Below, piece after piece: positions 1-9,875 of a stretch of 64,000 bases of DNA (its first letter is position 1; every line of letters starts with the position of its first letter). A model generated the notes under the pieces. The model was given only the letters and a program-made list of their open reading frames with translations. It had not been told where the DNA came from and searched no databases. This DNA is from a virus (Duplodnaviria; Caudoviricetes). The position numbers and the translations under genes are program-made. Where the stretch lies: positions 807 through 64,806 of the IMG/VR virus record IMGVR_UViG_3300008113_000041; one strand, written 5' to 3'.

Positions 1-194
1 AAAAGTTATTGGACTTAACAAAACCAATAAACCATACCGCATTGGTTCTTAGTCTGTACGAACAGATGCCAAATAAAGAAGGCGGTAAATATACTTTTGA
101 AGACGCTATTGCTCAAGCAAGATGCGTTAGAATTCTTAGAAATGAAGATTGGGATAACCAAATTATACCTTGGTATCCAAAGGAGTTAAAATGA
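1..194 (+). CDS. 5'-3' exonuclease (T7 gp6-like), C-terminal fragment cut by window edge
   Basis: Ends AQARCVRILRNEDWD..IIPWYP, resembling the T7 gp6 C-terminus (ARILR..W.P); context next to nucleotide metabolism genes. Confidence 0.65.
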   Translation, partial: KLLDLTKPINHTALVLSLYEQMPNKEGGKYTFEDAIAQARCVRILRNEDWDNQIIPWYPKELK

Positions 195-652
195 TTAGAC
201 CATATGCACCAAGTGGAATGCCTATGTCAGACTTAGGATTTGCTTTACCAGATAACACAACTTATATAAGATCCCCCTTATCAGATTATGGCACTGCTTA
301 TGGTGGAAATCTTACTTTAAGTAGAGCCAATAATTTTATACCAGTTTCTTTTATGACAAATATTAAAAACTTTGGAGATGGACCAGCAATTTTTACAGGT
401 ATTCGTTGGGATACAATAGCTATTCCTTCTGGTGGCTCTTTAAGTTGGTTTATAAGAAGTGGAACTATACCAATAAACTCGACAACACCTATTGTTATTG
501 CACCAAAAGAAACAATTGATTTTGCTTATACCTATAGTGGTCCTGACGGTATTATTAGAGGGGATTTATTCTTTTTAGGAGGTAGAGGTATGAATACTAG
601 AGAACCTTTTTCTGTTGTAAATATTAGAACTAGTGTAGTAACATCAGTATAA
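191..652 (+). CDS. hypothetical protein, possible Ig-like beta-sandwich
   Basis: ATG 191 after AAGGAG; IKNFGDGP..IAPKETIDFAYTY pattern suggests an Ig-like fold. Confidence 0.55.
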   Translation: MIRPYAPSGMPMSDLGFALPDNTTYIRSPLSDYGTAYGGNLTLSRANNFIPVSFMTNIKNFGDGPAIFTGIRWDTIAIPSGGSLSWFIRSGTIPINSTTPIVIAPKETIDFAYTYSGPDGIIRGDLFFLGGRGMNTREPFSVVNIRTSVVTSV

Positions 653-665
653 TTGGGGCTATAGA
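653..665 (+). promoter_or_regulatory. putative phage RNAP promoter (TTGGGGCTATAGA)
   Basis: Exact 13-mer also at 25172, 40397, 46602, 56141, 62798; CTATAG core as in T7/SP6 promoters; intergenic. Confidence 0.8.
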
Positions 666-675
666 GATATATAAC

Positions 676-1194
676 ATGGATAATACATATTACTACAATG
701 GACATTCTTTTGATAATCCTAAGTCGTTTGAGGTTTCTTCCTTTACTTATATTCCTGAAACAACAGTTAAGATATCTTCTGTTCGGTTTCCTGTTCCAAC
801 TAAAGGAACTGATGGAGCAGCAGCCTATGATATCCAAGCCAACCTTTTACATGAAGGCAAGGTAGAAATTCTTCCACAAGAAACAAAAGTTATAGGAACT
901 GGTATTACTTTGGAGTTACCAAGTCATCTTATGGCTTTACTGTTGCCTCGTTCGGGTCTTGCTACAAAGCATGGTATAACACTAGCTAACTCTGTCGGTT
1001 TAATTGATCCCGATTACAGAGGTGAAATTAAAGTTGCTATAAAAAACACAGGAACTAAAACTTTTGTAATTAATGATGCTGATCGAATTGCTCAGATGTT
1101 AATTATGGGTTTTGTTTCTCCCGAATTTATTAGTGTAAAACAAGTATTTAATACTACCAGAGGCTCTGGTGGTTTTGGTTCAACAGGAGTATAA
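676..1194 (+). CDS. dut: trimeric dUTPase
   Basis: Motifs AAYDI, PRSGLA, GLIDPDYRGEI, DRIAQM, RGSGGFGSTG. Confidence 0.97.
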   Translation: MDNTYYYNGHSFDNPKSFEVSSFTYIPETTVKISSVRFPVPTKGTDGAAAYDIQANLLHEGKVEILPQETKVIGTGITLELPSHLMALLLPRSGLATKHGITLANSVGLIDPDYRGEIKVAIKNTGTKTFVINDADRIAQMLIMGFVSPEFISVKQVFNTTRGSGGFGSTGV

Positions 1195-1195
1195 T

Positions 1196-3085
1196 ATGGA
1201 TACATTTCAAAAGTTTATTGCTATTAGTCGATATGCTAGATGGATTGAAGAAGAAGGTCGTAGAGAAAACTGGGAAGAAACTGTAGATAGATGGTGGAAT
1301 TACTTTACAAGTAAAGAACCATCTATGTTAGAACGACCAGACATTAAGAAAGCAATTCTTAATAGAGAAGTTCTTCCTAGTATGCGTGGTCTTATGGTTG
1401 CAGGTCCAGCTTTGGATCGTGACCATACCGCTTTATATAATTGCGCTTATTCTGAAATTGATTCGCCCGAATCTTTTTCAGAACTAATGTATGTTCTTAT
1501 GTGTGGTACTGGTATGGGTTTCTCTGTTGAGCGTAGATGCACAGAAAAGCTACCTACAGTACCAAAGATTGACAAAGATTGGAATATCATTATTAATGTT
1601 GAAGACTCAAGAGAAGGTTGGTGCAACGCATTAAAGAGTCTAATCAACTTCTTATACAATGGTATTCATCCTAAGTGGTCTACAACTAAAGTAAGACCAG
1701 CTGGGGCAAGACTAAAGACATTTGGTGGGCGGGCTAGTGGTCCTGCTCCTTTAGAAGAAGTCTTTAGGTTTATTGTACAGATTTTCTATAAGGCACAAGA
1801 TAGAAAACTAACACCACTAGAGTGTCACGATATCTGTTGTAAGATTGCTCAGTCTGTAATTGTTGGTGGAGTAAGACGCTCCGCTATGATTTCACTAAGT
1901 GATCTTTCCGATAGAGAGATGGCGTTGTGTAAGAGCGGGGCTTGGTGGGAGGGATCGGGTCATCGTTCCCTAGCTAACAACTCAGCCGTATACACAAGCA
2001 AGCCAAGCTTAGGACAATTCCTAGAAGAGTGGACCGATCTGTATAACTCACACTCAGGAGAGCGTGGTATGTTAAACAGACAAGCACTAGCAAGTGTAGC
2101 AGAAAGAGCAGGAAGAGAAACACAAAACATTTATTTTGGAACAAATCCCTGTAGTGAAATTATTCTTAGACCAAATCAATTCTGTAATCTTTCTACCGTT
2201 GTTGTAAAAGATTATGACACAGAAGAAACACTGTTGGCTAAGATTGAAGTAGCTACTATTATAGGTACTATTCAAAGTAAGTTTACTTATTTTCCCTACT
2301 TAAGTGAAAAGTGGAAAAAGAACTGTGAAGACGAAAGACTTCTTGGTGTAAGCATGACTGGTATTTTTGATAACCCACTTACATCAGGCAAAGTAAGCCC
2401 AACAAAATTAATCAGCCTTCTACAAAAGCTAAAAGCACACACAGAAGTCATTAATAAAGAGTGGTCTGAAAAGATTGGAATTAATCCATCTAAGTCTATT
2501 ACCTGTGTTAAGCCAGAAGGAACAACAAGTTGTCTAGCTGGTTGTGCCAGTGGTCTTCATCCACAGTATGCGCCTTACTTTATTCGTAGAGTTCGTATTG
2601 ATAAGAAAGATCCTGTGTATAATCTTATGAAAGATCAGGGTGTTCCTTGTGAAGACTGTGTTATCAATCCCGACAACCAAGCAGTATTCTCGTTTCCCAT
2701 GAAGTCTTCTAATATGACAATGACATCTAGAAATCTGGATGCTATTACACACATGATTCTTTGGAAGATCTATCAAGATTACTACTGCCACCACAAACCA
2801 AGTGTTACTGTAAACTATAATGATAATGAGTTTTTGCTTTTAGGTCAGTGGGTATATGAATACTTTGACGGTATTTCTGGTGTATCCTTCTTACCAAAGA
2901 CAGAACATACCTATCAACAAGCACCATTTGAAGAAATTTCAGAAGAAGTATATAATACATTCCCATATGTAGATGTAGATTTCTCTGTATTACCAAGTTA
3001 TGAAAAGTCTGATACAACCACAAGCAGTCATAGTTTTGCTTGTACAGCTAATGGTTGTGAACTAACAGACATTACAACAGGATAA
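1196..3085 (+). CDS. nrdJ: class II (B12-dependent) monomeric ribonucleotide reductase
   Basis: YNC, GTNPCSEI, QFCNL, CVKPEGT, C-terminal CxxxxC; no small subunit nearby; ATG 1196 after AGGAG. Confidence 0.92.
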   Translation: MDTFQKFIAISRYARWIEEEGRRENWEETVDRWWNYFTSKEPSMLERPDIKKAILNREVLPSMRGLMVAGPALDRDHTALYNCAYSEIDSPESFSELMYVLMCGTGMGFSVERRCTEKLPTVPKIDKDWNIIINVEDSREGWCNALKSLINFLYNGIHPKWSTTKVRPAGARLKTFGGRASGPAPLEEVFRFIVQIFYKAQDRKLTPLECHDICCKIAQSVIVGGVRRSAMISLSDLSDREMALCKSGAWWEGSGHRSLANNSAVYTSKPSLGQFLEEWTDLYNSHSGERGMLNRQALASVAERAGRETQNIYFGTNPCSEIILRPNQFCNLSTVVVKDYDTEETLLAKIEVATIIGTIQSKFTYFPYLSEKWKKNCEDERLLGVSMTGIFDNPLTSGKVSPTKLISLLQKLKAHTEVINKEWSEKIGINPSKSITCVKPEGTTSCLAGCASGLHPQYAPYFIRRVRIDKKDPVYNLMKDQGVPCEDCVINPDNQAVFSFPMKSSNMTMTSRNLDAITHMILWKIYQDYYCHHKPSVTVNYNDNEFLLLGQWVYEYFDGISGVSFLPKTEHTYQQAPFEEISEEVYNTFPYVDVDFSVLPSYEKSDTTTSSHSFACTANGCELTDITTG

Positions 3086-3087
3086 TT

Positions 3088-3303
3088 ATGATTAGTATTG
3101 AACAAATTGCATTACGATTAAACTCAGGTGTAGCTTTAACATCAGCAGAAAGTTCTTTATTTTTAAGAACATTACATCAAGAACTTACAAAATTAAAGGA
3201 AGAAGTTAATGAACTCAAAGTATCCGTATCTAAATCCAGAGTGGATTCCGCTACTAAGACAGTTGTACCAGCCTCTACAATACGACGAAAGGATGACAGC
3301 TGA
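3088..3303 (+). CDS. hypothetical protein
   Basis: ATG directly after RNR stop; short coiled-coil; overlaps next ORF by 95 nt. Confidence 0.45.
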   Translation: MISIEQIALRLNSGVALTSAESSLFLRTLHQELTKLKEEVNELKVSVSKSRVDSATKTVVPASTIRRKDDS

Positions 3304-3403
3304 TGAGTTTATTAGGCTTGCGGCTTTTACTGCTGGTCAAATCTCACTAATAGATAAATTAGAATCTATTATTAAACTACAACAAAAGGAAAATCTTAAA
3401 TGA
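3209..3403 (+). CDS. hypothetical protein typical of the pre-portal region of T7-like phages
   Basis: AAGGA RBS; AGQISLIDKL motif; stop overlaps next start. Confidence 0.6.
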   Translation: MNSKYPYLNPEWIPLLRQLYQPLQYDERMTADEFIRLAAFTAGQISLIDKLESIIKLQQKENLK

Positions 3404-4281
3404 GTTCCTTTCAAGATTTGCTTTCTAGTGTCTCAAATATGTTTAGTCAACAACAAAAAGAAAGACAAGTTAGACAAACCAATTTAGAACTAGGAAAACC
3501 AACTGGCCGTCTTTCTAAAGCACAAAGACAAATAGCAAAGAAAAAAGAAATCGCACAACTAAAAAGTAAGATAGGTGAACTTCAAAGATCAGATCTTGGT
3601 GTGCGCGTTTCTGATATAGAAACTAATTTCTACAAACAAGCCTTACAAGGTTTCGAGTCAAAAGTAGCAGAAACCTATCAAAAAAAATTTGAAGCAAGAA
3701 CAAAACTAGAACAAGTAAATCAAGCATTTCAAGACGCTTTACAACAACAGCAACAAAGCACAACTTCGTTTTCGCTTTGGCGAACTGATCCAAATCTTCG
3801 TTTATCAGAAGCAGAAAAAACAGCAATGTCAAGTCCAAAAGCAATTGTCGATTTGTTTAATCAAAAAAACGAAATGCAAAAAAAAGGCTATCGTTCTGCT
3901 GCTAGATGGATGAAAAGAAACTGGAATAATGAAGACTCTTATCTCTATAAAGCTTATGTACAAGCTAATGAAATACTAAAGCAACAAGAAATGGGTACTT
4001 CTTATAACCAACAAATAGAAAATACACAAAGAAGTTTAGACTTAGCTACACAAACAGCTATTGAACAGGCACAAATTACAGCAGCTCCTTTAGATGTTAT
4101 TCGTAATCAAACTATAGATACTCTTGGAAGAGAAATTAAAGAAAGAGAAACAACACCAAGCACTTCTATTCTTACTGAGGCAAAAGAAGGACCAGCCAAA
4201 ACAGAAACAACCACCCCTAAAGTTAAACAAAAACTTAAGCGGGTTCAACAACCTTCTTATTATGAAGGTAGACCACAGTAA
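3400..4281 (+). CDS. hypothetical Gln/Lys-rich coiled-coil protein
   Basis: 293-aa ORF with AAGGA RBS, tightly packed. Confidence 0.75.
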   Translation: MSSFQDLLSSVSNMFSQQQKERQVRQTNLELGKPTGRLSKAQRQIAKKKEIAQLKSKIGELQRSDLGVRVSDIETNFYKQALQGFESKVAETYQKKFEARTKLEQVNQAFQDALQQQQQSTTSFSLWRTDPNLRLSEAEKTAMSSPKAIVDLFNQKNEMQKKGYRSAARWMKRNWNNEDSYLYKAYVQANEILKQQEMGTSYNQQIENTQRSLDLATQTAIEQAQITAAPLDVIRNQTIDTLGREIKERETTPSTSILTEAKEGPAKTETTTPKVKQKLKRVQQPSYYEGRPQ

Positions 4282-4292
4282 AGGAGGTACTT

Positions 4293-4646
4293 ATGGGCGG
4301 CGCACCTACAATTGAAGGTGGTATGACTAAAGCAGAGCAAGAAGAACTGCTTGCAGACGAACGAAGATATCAAGAAGAACAAGAAAACATTAGACGCGAA
4401 AGAGCTAAATCCGAAGAAAAAGAAAGAGAAGAAGCAGCAAAAGCAGAAAGAGAAAGAATTAAAGCAGAAGAAGCAGCTAGGATTACCGAAGCTAACATGG
4501 CTGAAGAAGAAGCAATTTCTGCGGCAACATCTATGGAGGAAGAAGAAGAAGGAAAAGACAAACTAACCGTAGACTTTTATGGCTCTCTATATAACGGAGT
4601 CGGATCAAGACCAACAACCAGAACTAATACAACAAGGCCAGCATGA
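4293..4646 (+). CDS. putative virion assembly protein (gp7.3-like position)
   Basis: MGG start, charged helix, AAGGAGG RBS, immediately before portal. Confidence 0.6.
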   Translation: MGGAPTIEGGMTKAEQEELLADERRYQEEQENIRRERAKSEEKEREEAAKAERERIKAEEAARITEANMAEEEAISAATSMEEEEEGKDKLTVDFYGSLYNGVGSRPTTRTNTTRPA

Positions 4647-6265
4647 ACCCAAAGACTTTAGCCGAACGCTTTAGAATTCTGGATTCAGCCCGAACAAGTA
4701 AAGTTGATAGAGCTAGATTGTGTTCATCATTAACAATCCCATCTATTCTACCCCCAGAAAATTGGACAGAAGAAATGGCATTACCACAACCATATAGCTC
4801 TGTTGCTTCCAGAGGTGTTACGGCTTTAGCATCTAGGATTCTTAGTGCATTGATGCCTTTAAACGATACGCCTTTCTTTAAGTTTAAAATAAAAAGTGGT
4901 GTTGAACCACCAACAGAAATTTCGGGATATTTAGAAACTCTAAGCTTTCAAGTATATAATAAACTTATTTCAAAAAACTTAAGAGAGTCTGTATATATCG
5001 CTCTCCAACACTTAATTGTTACGGGAGATGTTTTATTTTGTATGGAAGATAACTATAGTTTTAGAAACTATAGATTAGATCAGTTTGTTGCTCAACGAGA
5101 TGTAATGGGTGAAGTAAAAGAAATTATTCATTTAGAATATCTTGCTGTAGATCCTGAAAACGAACTTTATTATTTTGGTTCTGAATCGGGGATTGAATAC
5201 AGACGAGGATATAAAACTATCTATTGTCAGTATTTAAAGCAAGAAGATGGAACATGGTATTCTAGAAAAGAAACAGAAAATGGAGAACTACTGGATGAGG
5301 GTTATTATGAAATCCTTCCATTAGTTCACTTAAGATGGTATTCTATTGCGGGTGAAAACTACGGTAGATCTCATTGTGAAGATATACTTGGTGATTTAAC
5401 TGCACTAGAAAACTATACTCAAGGTATGTTAGAAGGAATGTCCGCTGCTTCTGCTTTCTGGATGGGCGTTGATCCTACTGGTATTACAGAAGTAGATGAT
5501 ATTGCTTCAGCAAGAAACGGAAGTTTTATTGCAGCAAGACCTAATGATGTCTTTACTATTTCTCCAGCACAAACGATTAATCCACAAATATCATCTACCA
5601 GTACAGCAGTAGAAAACATGAGAAGAGAAGTTGGACAGGCTTTCTTAATGTCCTCTTCCGCTATCCCAACAGGGGATCGTGTTACTGCTACTGCAGTTAG
5701 AATGATTGGTTCTGAACTTGAGACTATTCTTGGTGGTGCTTTCTCTAGTATTTCTAGAACATTAATGGAACCACTTGTAAAACGAACTTTAGCTTTAATG
5801 TTAAAGGATGAAGAAATAGATCCAAGACTACAAGATCAATTCTTTGATAAAGACGGAACACTTGCGGTAGAAATTATCACTGGTCTTCAAGCTTTATCAA
5901 GAGATACTGATCTTCAAAAACTTATTCAGATGGGTGAAATGGTTAGAAATTTACCAGAGCAAGCCGTAGCTACCTTTAAATGGGATAGTTATGCTAAAGC
6001 CTTAATTACTTCTCTTGGGTTTGATTCGCGTATGTGGGTCAAGTCAGAAGAAGAAGTACAAAATGAAATGATGGAAATGCAGAATAAACAAATGCAAATG
6101 CAAATGAGACAACAAGCGGGTAACGCTATGACTCAAGGTGCTATTAATACAGCAACCGCTGCTGCTACTTCCGATCTACAACAAACAGGTGGGCAGAATA
6201 TTCAAGCCATGTTAGAACAGGCTGGAGTAAACCCACAGCAACTATTAGGAGGTTTGGGTGGCTAA
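4643..6265 (+). CDS. portal / head-tail connector (T7 gp8-like)
   Basis: GENYGRS, GDRVTATAVR, ELETILGGAFS, GLQALSR motifs; 540 aa. Confidence 0.95.
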   Translation: MNPKTLAERFRILDSARTSKVDRARLCSSLTIPSILPPENWTEEMALPQPYSSVASRGVTALASRILSALMPLNDTPFFKFKIKSGVEPPTEISGYLETLSFQVYNKLISKNLRESVYIALQHLIVTGDVLFCMEDNYSFRNYRLDQFVAQRDVMGEVKEIIHLEYLAVDPENELYYFGSESGIEYRRGYKTIYCQYLKQEDGTWYSRKETENGELLDEGYYEILPLVHLRWYSIAGENYGRSHCEDILGDLTALENYTQGMLEGMSAASAFWMGVDPTGITEVDDIASARNGSFIAARPNDVFTISPAQTINPQISSTSTAVENMRREVGQAFLMSSSAIPTGDRVTATAVRMIGSELETILGGAFSSISRTLMEPLVKRTLALMLKDEEIDPRLQDQFFDKDGTLAVEIITGLQALSRDTDLQKLIQMGEMVRNLPEQAVATFKWDSYAKALITSLGFDSRMWVKSEEEVQNEMMEMQNKQMQMQMRQQAGNAMTQGAINTATAAATSDLQQTGGQNIQAMLEQAGVNPQQLLGGLGG

Positions 6266-6563
6266 ACCAAAATTAAATAAAGCAAGTATGCCTTGCAATA
6301 AACCACGAAAGTCTCCAAATCCAGCTAAAAAAAGAGTAGTTAAAGCTTGTGCAAATGGTAAGGAGAAGATCATTCATTATGGTGCTTCGGGTTATGGACA
6401 CAACTATAGTCCTGAAGCGCGTAAATCTTTTAGAGCAAGACATAAATGTGATTCGGCTAAAGATAAACTATCAGCCCAATATTGGGCCTGTAAAGATTTA
6501 TGGGCTGGACCAGGAGGTTCTAAAAAGTCTTGCCCTAAAGGAAGAAAGTGTAAAGGTAAATAA
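6258..6563 (+). CDS. small basic Cys/Lys-rich protein
   Basis: GTG after AGGAGG; KIIHYG..RKSFRARHKC..YWAC pattern. Confidence 0.75.
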   Translation: MAKPKLNKASMPCNKPRKSPNPAKKRVVKACANGKEKIIHYGASGYGHNYSPEARKSFRARHKCDSAKDKLSAQYWACKDLWAGPGGSKKSCPKGRKCKGK

Positions 6564-6694
6564 TGCCTTTTAAATCAAAAGCACAAAGACGCTTTATGTA
6601 TGCAACTCATCCTAAGATTGCCGCTAGGTGGTCTAAGGAAACACCAAAGAAAACTAAATTACCAAATAAAGTTTCTAAAAAAAAGAAACGATAA
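6563..6694 (+). CDS. small basic protein, 43 aa (not in ORF track)
   Basis: MPFKSKAQRRFMYATHPKIAARWSKETPKKTKLPNKVSKKKKR; TAATG coupling to upstream gene. Confidence 0.75.
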   Translation: MPFKSKAQRRFMYATHPKIAARWSKETPKKTKLPNKVSKKKKR

Positions 6695-6704
6695 AGGATA
6701 ACAA

Positions 6705-7616
6705 ATGGAACAAAACGATACCATGACTCCACAGGATACTCCTGTTGAACAATCACAGGTTTCGACTGAGACTACTCAATATCAGTCTGAACTAAAAGCT
6801 TTTAATACTTATGTTGAAGCCAACCAAGTACAAGTACCAAGCAATTTTAAATCATCTGGTGATTGGTTTAAGTCTCTAAAGAATGCACAATCAGAGTATA
6901 CAAAAGCTAGACAAGAACTAGCACAATTAAAGAAACAACCAGTGGCTCCTGTTGTTGAAGAAACTGTGGAAGACGCAGCTCTTGAACAAACTGAAGTAGA
7001 ACCCGTACCTCAGATTCAAGAAGAACTAAGAATTCCAAAGAAAGAACCACCAAAGGAACAACCACCACAGACAGCACAAACGGATCTAACACAAGAAGAA
7101 TGGAAGAAGTATTCTGTTGAAGTCGCTACGACTGGAGAGTTATCTCAAGAGTCAAGGCTTGCTATTAAGCAGAAAACTAAATTACCAGATTTTGTGATTG
7201 ATGAGTTTATGCAGGGTCAAAAAGCCCGTCTGAATGCTGCCTATACAGAAGCAGCAAAAGTTATTGGAGGTAAGGATAATCTTGCTAGAGTCTTTAACTG
7301 GGCTAGTAAGAACCTTTCTCAAGAGCAACAAGCAGAAATTAATGCAACACTAGCTTCTCCATCGTGGGAAGTTGCGTTGCTTGGTTTAAAAGCTAAGTAC
7401 GATTCTGCCACAGCTAATAAACCAACATCAAAAGAACCAGTTACTAAAGTAGGAGAAAAGGTTTCAGTAGCTAAAGCTCAGGCTGCTACTGGTCCTTATC
7501 TATCTAAGGCAGAGTTTTACAAAGATCGGTCTAATCCCTTATTCAAAACCGATTCAAGATTCAGACAAACAGTTGAAGCCCGTATGATGAAAACGGATTT
7601 TAACAAACTAACTTAA
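6705..7616 (+). CDS. capsid scaffolding protein (gp9-like)
   Basis: Between portal and capsid; GGKDNL..WA..NL and C-terminal FRQTVEARM pattern. Confidence 0.85.
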   Translation: MEQNDTMTPQDTPVEQSQVSTETTQYQSELKAFNTYVEANQVQVPSNFKSSGDWFKSLKNAQSEYTKARQELAQLKKQPVAPVVEETVEDAALEQTEVEPVPQIQEELRIPKKEPPKEQPPQTAQTDLTQEEWKKYSVEVATTGELSQESRLAIKQKTKLPDFVIDEFMQGQKARLNAAYTEAAKVIGGKDNLARVFNWASKNLSQEQQAEINATLASPSWEVALLGLKAKYDSATANKPTSKEPVTKVGEKVSVAKAQAATGPYLSKAEFYKDRSNPLFKTDSRFRQTVEARMMKTDFNKLT

Positions 7617-7630
7617 AAGGATAAAACAAA

Positions 7631-9052
7631 ATGGCTATCACTAGCGATTTAGGAGCAGGCGACCTAGTAATGCGTACCAGCGTTTCTGCTGGTATTTCAG
7701 GACCATTAACAGGCGCAAACAAACTTTGGCTCCCAATTTGGAGCGGCGAGGTTATTCACGCTTATGATGAATATAATGTATTTGAGTCTCTTGTTGACTC
7801 AAAGACTATTGCAAGTGGTGTTGCAATGGAATTCCCAATTACTGGTACAGTAGCTCTTAGATCATCTTGGGCTGCTGGTGAAGAGCTTGGTGGTGGAGAT
7901 GCGTCTTCAACAACCATTGCTATCAAGCTTGATAAACGACCAATGGCAGCACACTTTGAAATTGACAACATTGATCTTATGCAAACCCAATGGGAGTTTA
8001 GATCAGAACTTGCTCGTCAGGCTGGTATGACTCTTGCTAATGCAAGAGATAAGCAAATTGCTGCTTATATTGCAAGAGCTGCTACTGAAGATCTTTGCTT
8101 CAATACAGCCTACGATGGTGACGGTACTCCACCAGCAATGGATTTAACACTAGATCCAAGAGCTGTTAATACTGGTCCTGTTTATATTAACACTAAATTC
8201 TTTAATCTTGGTAATACCGCAGCAACCGCTGCAGAAAGAAATAGTGCAGCACTTGCAGCACTACAAACAATTGAAGAATTCTTTGTTTATTTACAAACCA
8301 TTAACGCACCCACTGAAGGTGTCGTTCTTGCTGTAACCCCAAGAGTATTCCAAGATATTCGTTCTCTTGGTGTTGCTAGAGACAACGCTGGTTTATTTGG
8401 TAGCAATGCTTCAAGTGGTCCTCTCTTTGGTGGCGTAGCTGAAGCTGGTGGTCTAGGCGCACAACTCACTATGGGTATGCACAGTCTTTCTGATGCTCTT
8501 GAGTATCAGGGTGCAATGATTATTAAGAGCAACCACCTCCCAGTAGCAAACTACGGTGCTGGTGCTATTGGTGAAGCTAGATATAATCTTAACTTTGGTG
8601 ATGCTGGTATTTGCGGTCTTCTCTTCCAAAAGAGTTGTGTTGCTTCGCTTAAGCTTCAAGGTCTTAAAGTAGACACTGTTGATGATGTTCGTCGCAATAC
8701 TGTATTTACCGTTGCTAGTATGCTAAACGGTACAGGTGTTCTTCGTCCAGAATGCGCTGCTGTACTTATTAAACCAAATGCAGGTAATACACTTGTTTCT
8801 TCAGCATCAGATCCTGGTCAAACCGCAGCATCAACTGTTGAAATCTTTAGAACTACAGCTGCATCTTTTGCTCTAACTACAGCTCAAGCAGATGCTGGTA
8901 CTACAGTTCTACTATTAGCCCACCTTGTTGGTGCTGGTGAAGGCGGATTGGTTTCTTCTATTGCTAGATATTCTCTTCGTACTATCTTAGGTATGACTAG
9001 AGAGTACCTACCAACTGCTGGTGGTTCTTCACCTAGCTTCCCTTATAACTGA
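7631..9052 (+). CDS. major capsid protein (gp10-like) with C-terminal extension
   Basis: LWLPIWSGEVIHAY, FPITG, RSELARQAG..LA..RD, GTGVLRPECA; followed by a strong terminator. Confidence 0.93.
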   Translation: MAITSDLGAGDLVMRTSVSAGISGPLTGANKLWLPIWSGEVIHAYDEYNVFESLVDSKTIASGVAMEFPITGTVALRSSWAAGEELGGGDASSTTIAIKLDKRPMAAHFEIDNIDLMQTQWEFRSELARQAGMTLANARDKQIAAYIARAATEDLCFNTAYDGDGTPPAMDLTLDPRAVNTGPVYINTKFFNLGNTAATAAERNSAALAALQTIEEFFVYLQTINAPTEGVVLAVTPRVFQDIRSLGVARDNAGLFGSNASSGPLFGGVAEAGGLGAQLTMGMHSLSDALEYQGAMIIKSNHLPVANYGAGAIGEARYNLNFGDAGICGLLFQKSCVASLKLQGLKVDTVDDVRRNTVFTVASMLNGTGVLRPECAAVLIKPNAGNTLVSSASDPGQTAASTVEIFRTTAASFALTTAQADAGTTVLLLAHLVGAGEGGLVSSIARYSLRTILGMTREYLPTAGGSSPSFPYN

Positions 9053-9152
9053 TAGTTATTTGGGATAATTAGTTTTTGGTATTTTCCCCGTTTTATAGGA
9101 AAGGAGGTATATTGTTTACTCTATCCTAGAAAGGGGGTGATCTTAAATCTAG

Positions 9153-9193
9153 CCTTGGTGGGTCGAAAGGCCCACCAAGGTTTTTCTTTCTTT
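9153..9193 (+). terminator. intrinsic terminator after capsid gene (T-phi equivalent)
   Basis: CCTTGGTGGGTC-GAAA-GGCCCACCAAGG followed by TTTTTCTTTCTTT. Confidence 0.9.
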
Positions 9194-9206
9194 AAAGGAG
9201 GTATCT

Positions 9207-9875
9207 ATGGGCTACATTAGTAAACTTGATGCAGTTAATAATATGATGTTGGCAGCGGGTGAAAGCCTAGTTGCCGATCTTGAAGAAGCATCAGGCATTG
9301 ACACAGGTATTGCTGTGTTTATTTTAGAGCAAACAAGTCTAGACTATCAATTAAGAGGTCTAGCAAACAATAAGATTGTAAAGAAACTAACACCAGATTC
9401 AGATGGTTATATTTACCTTCCTATGGGGGACGGTGATGAAGATGGTTTAATTTCTGCAAACTTATTGTCAAGTCATTATAATGACGATTCTGTTCAGTTG
9501 GTTGCTAGAATCCTAGAATCTATTCCACCCAAGTTATGGAACATTACCGATGATACAGATAAATGGGATACTAGTGAAGAGTATTATGTAGAGATTATTA
9601 AAAAACTTAAATGGGAAAATATTGATACAACCACACAAAGATCCATTATGACTAGTGCTATGAGAAACTATCAAATAGCCACACAAGGCGATGGAGATGC
9701 GGATGCGTTCTTTGCTGGTCAAGAAGCCATCTATGGAGCAAAAGCAAAAGCTTCTGATATTAACAGCAAGCGTAGAAATATATTCCTTAGTGGAGATCCT
9801 GTTGTACGAAACTCGGTTAATAGAGTTCCGTTTAGCAATGACCCAGCAAGATTTAGATTCTGGAGAACTAGTTAA
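9207..9875 (+). CDS. tail tubular protein A (gp11-like)
   Basis: N-terminal KLDAVNNMMLAAGE; position after capsid. Confidence 0.9.
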   Translation: MGYISKLDAVNNMMLAAGESLVADLEEASGIDTGIAVFILEQTSLDYQLRGLANNKIVKKLTPDSDGYIYLPMGDGDEDGLISANLLSSHYNDDSVQLVARILESIPPKLWNITDDTDKWDTSEEYYVEIIKKLKWENIDTTTQRSIMTSAMRNYQIATQGDGDADAFFAGQEAIYGAKAKASDINSKRRNIFLSGDPVVRNSVNRVPFSNDPARFRFWRTS

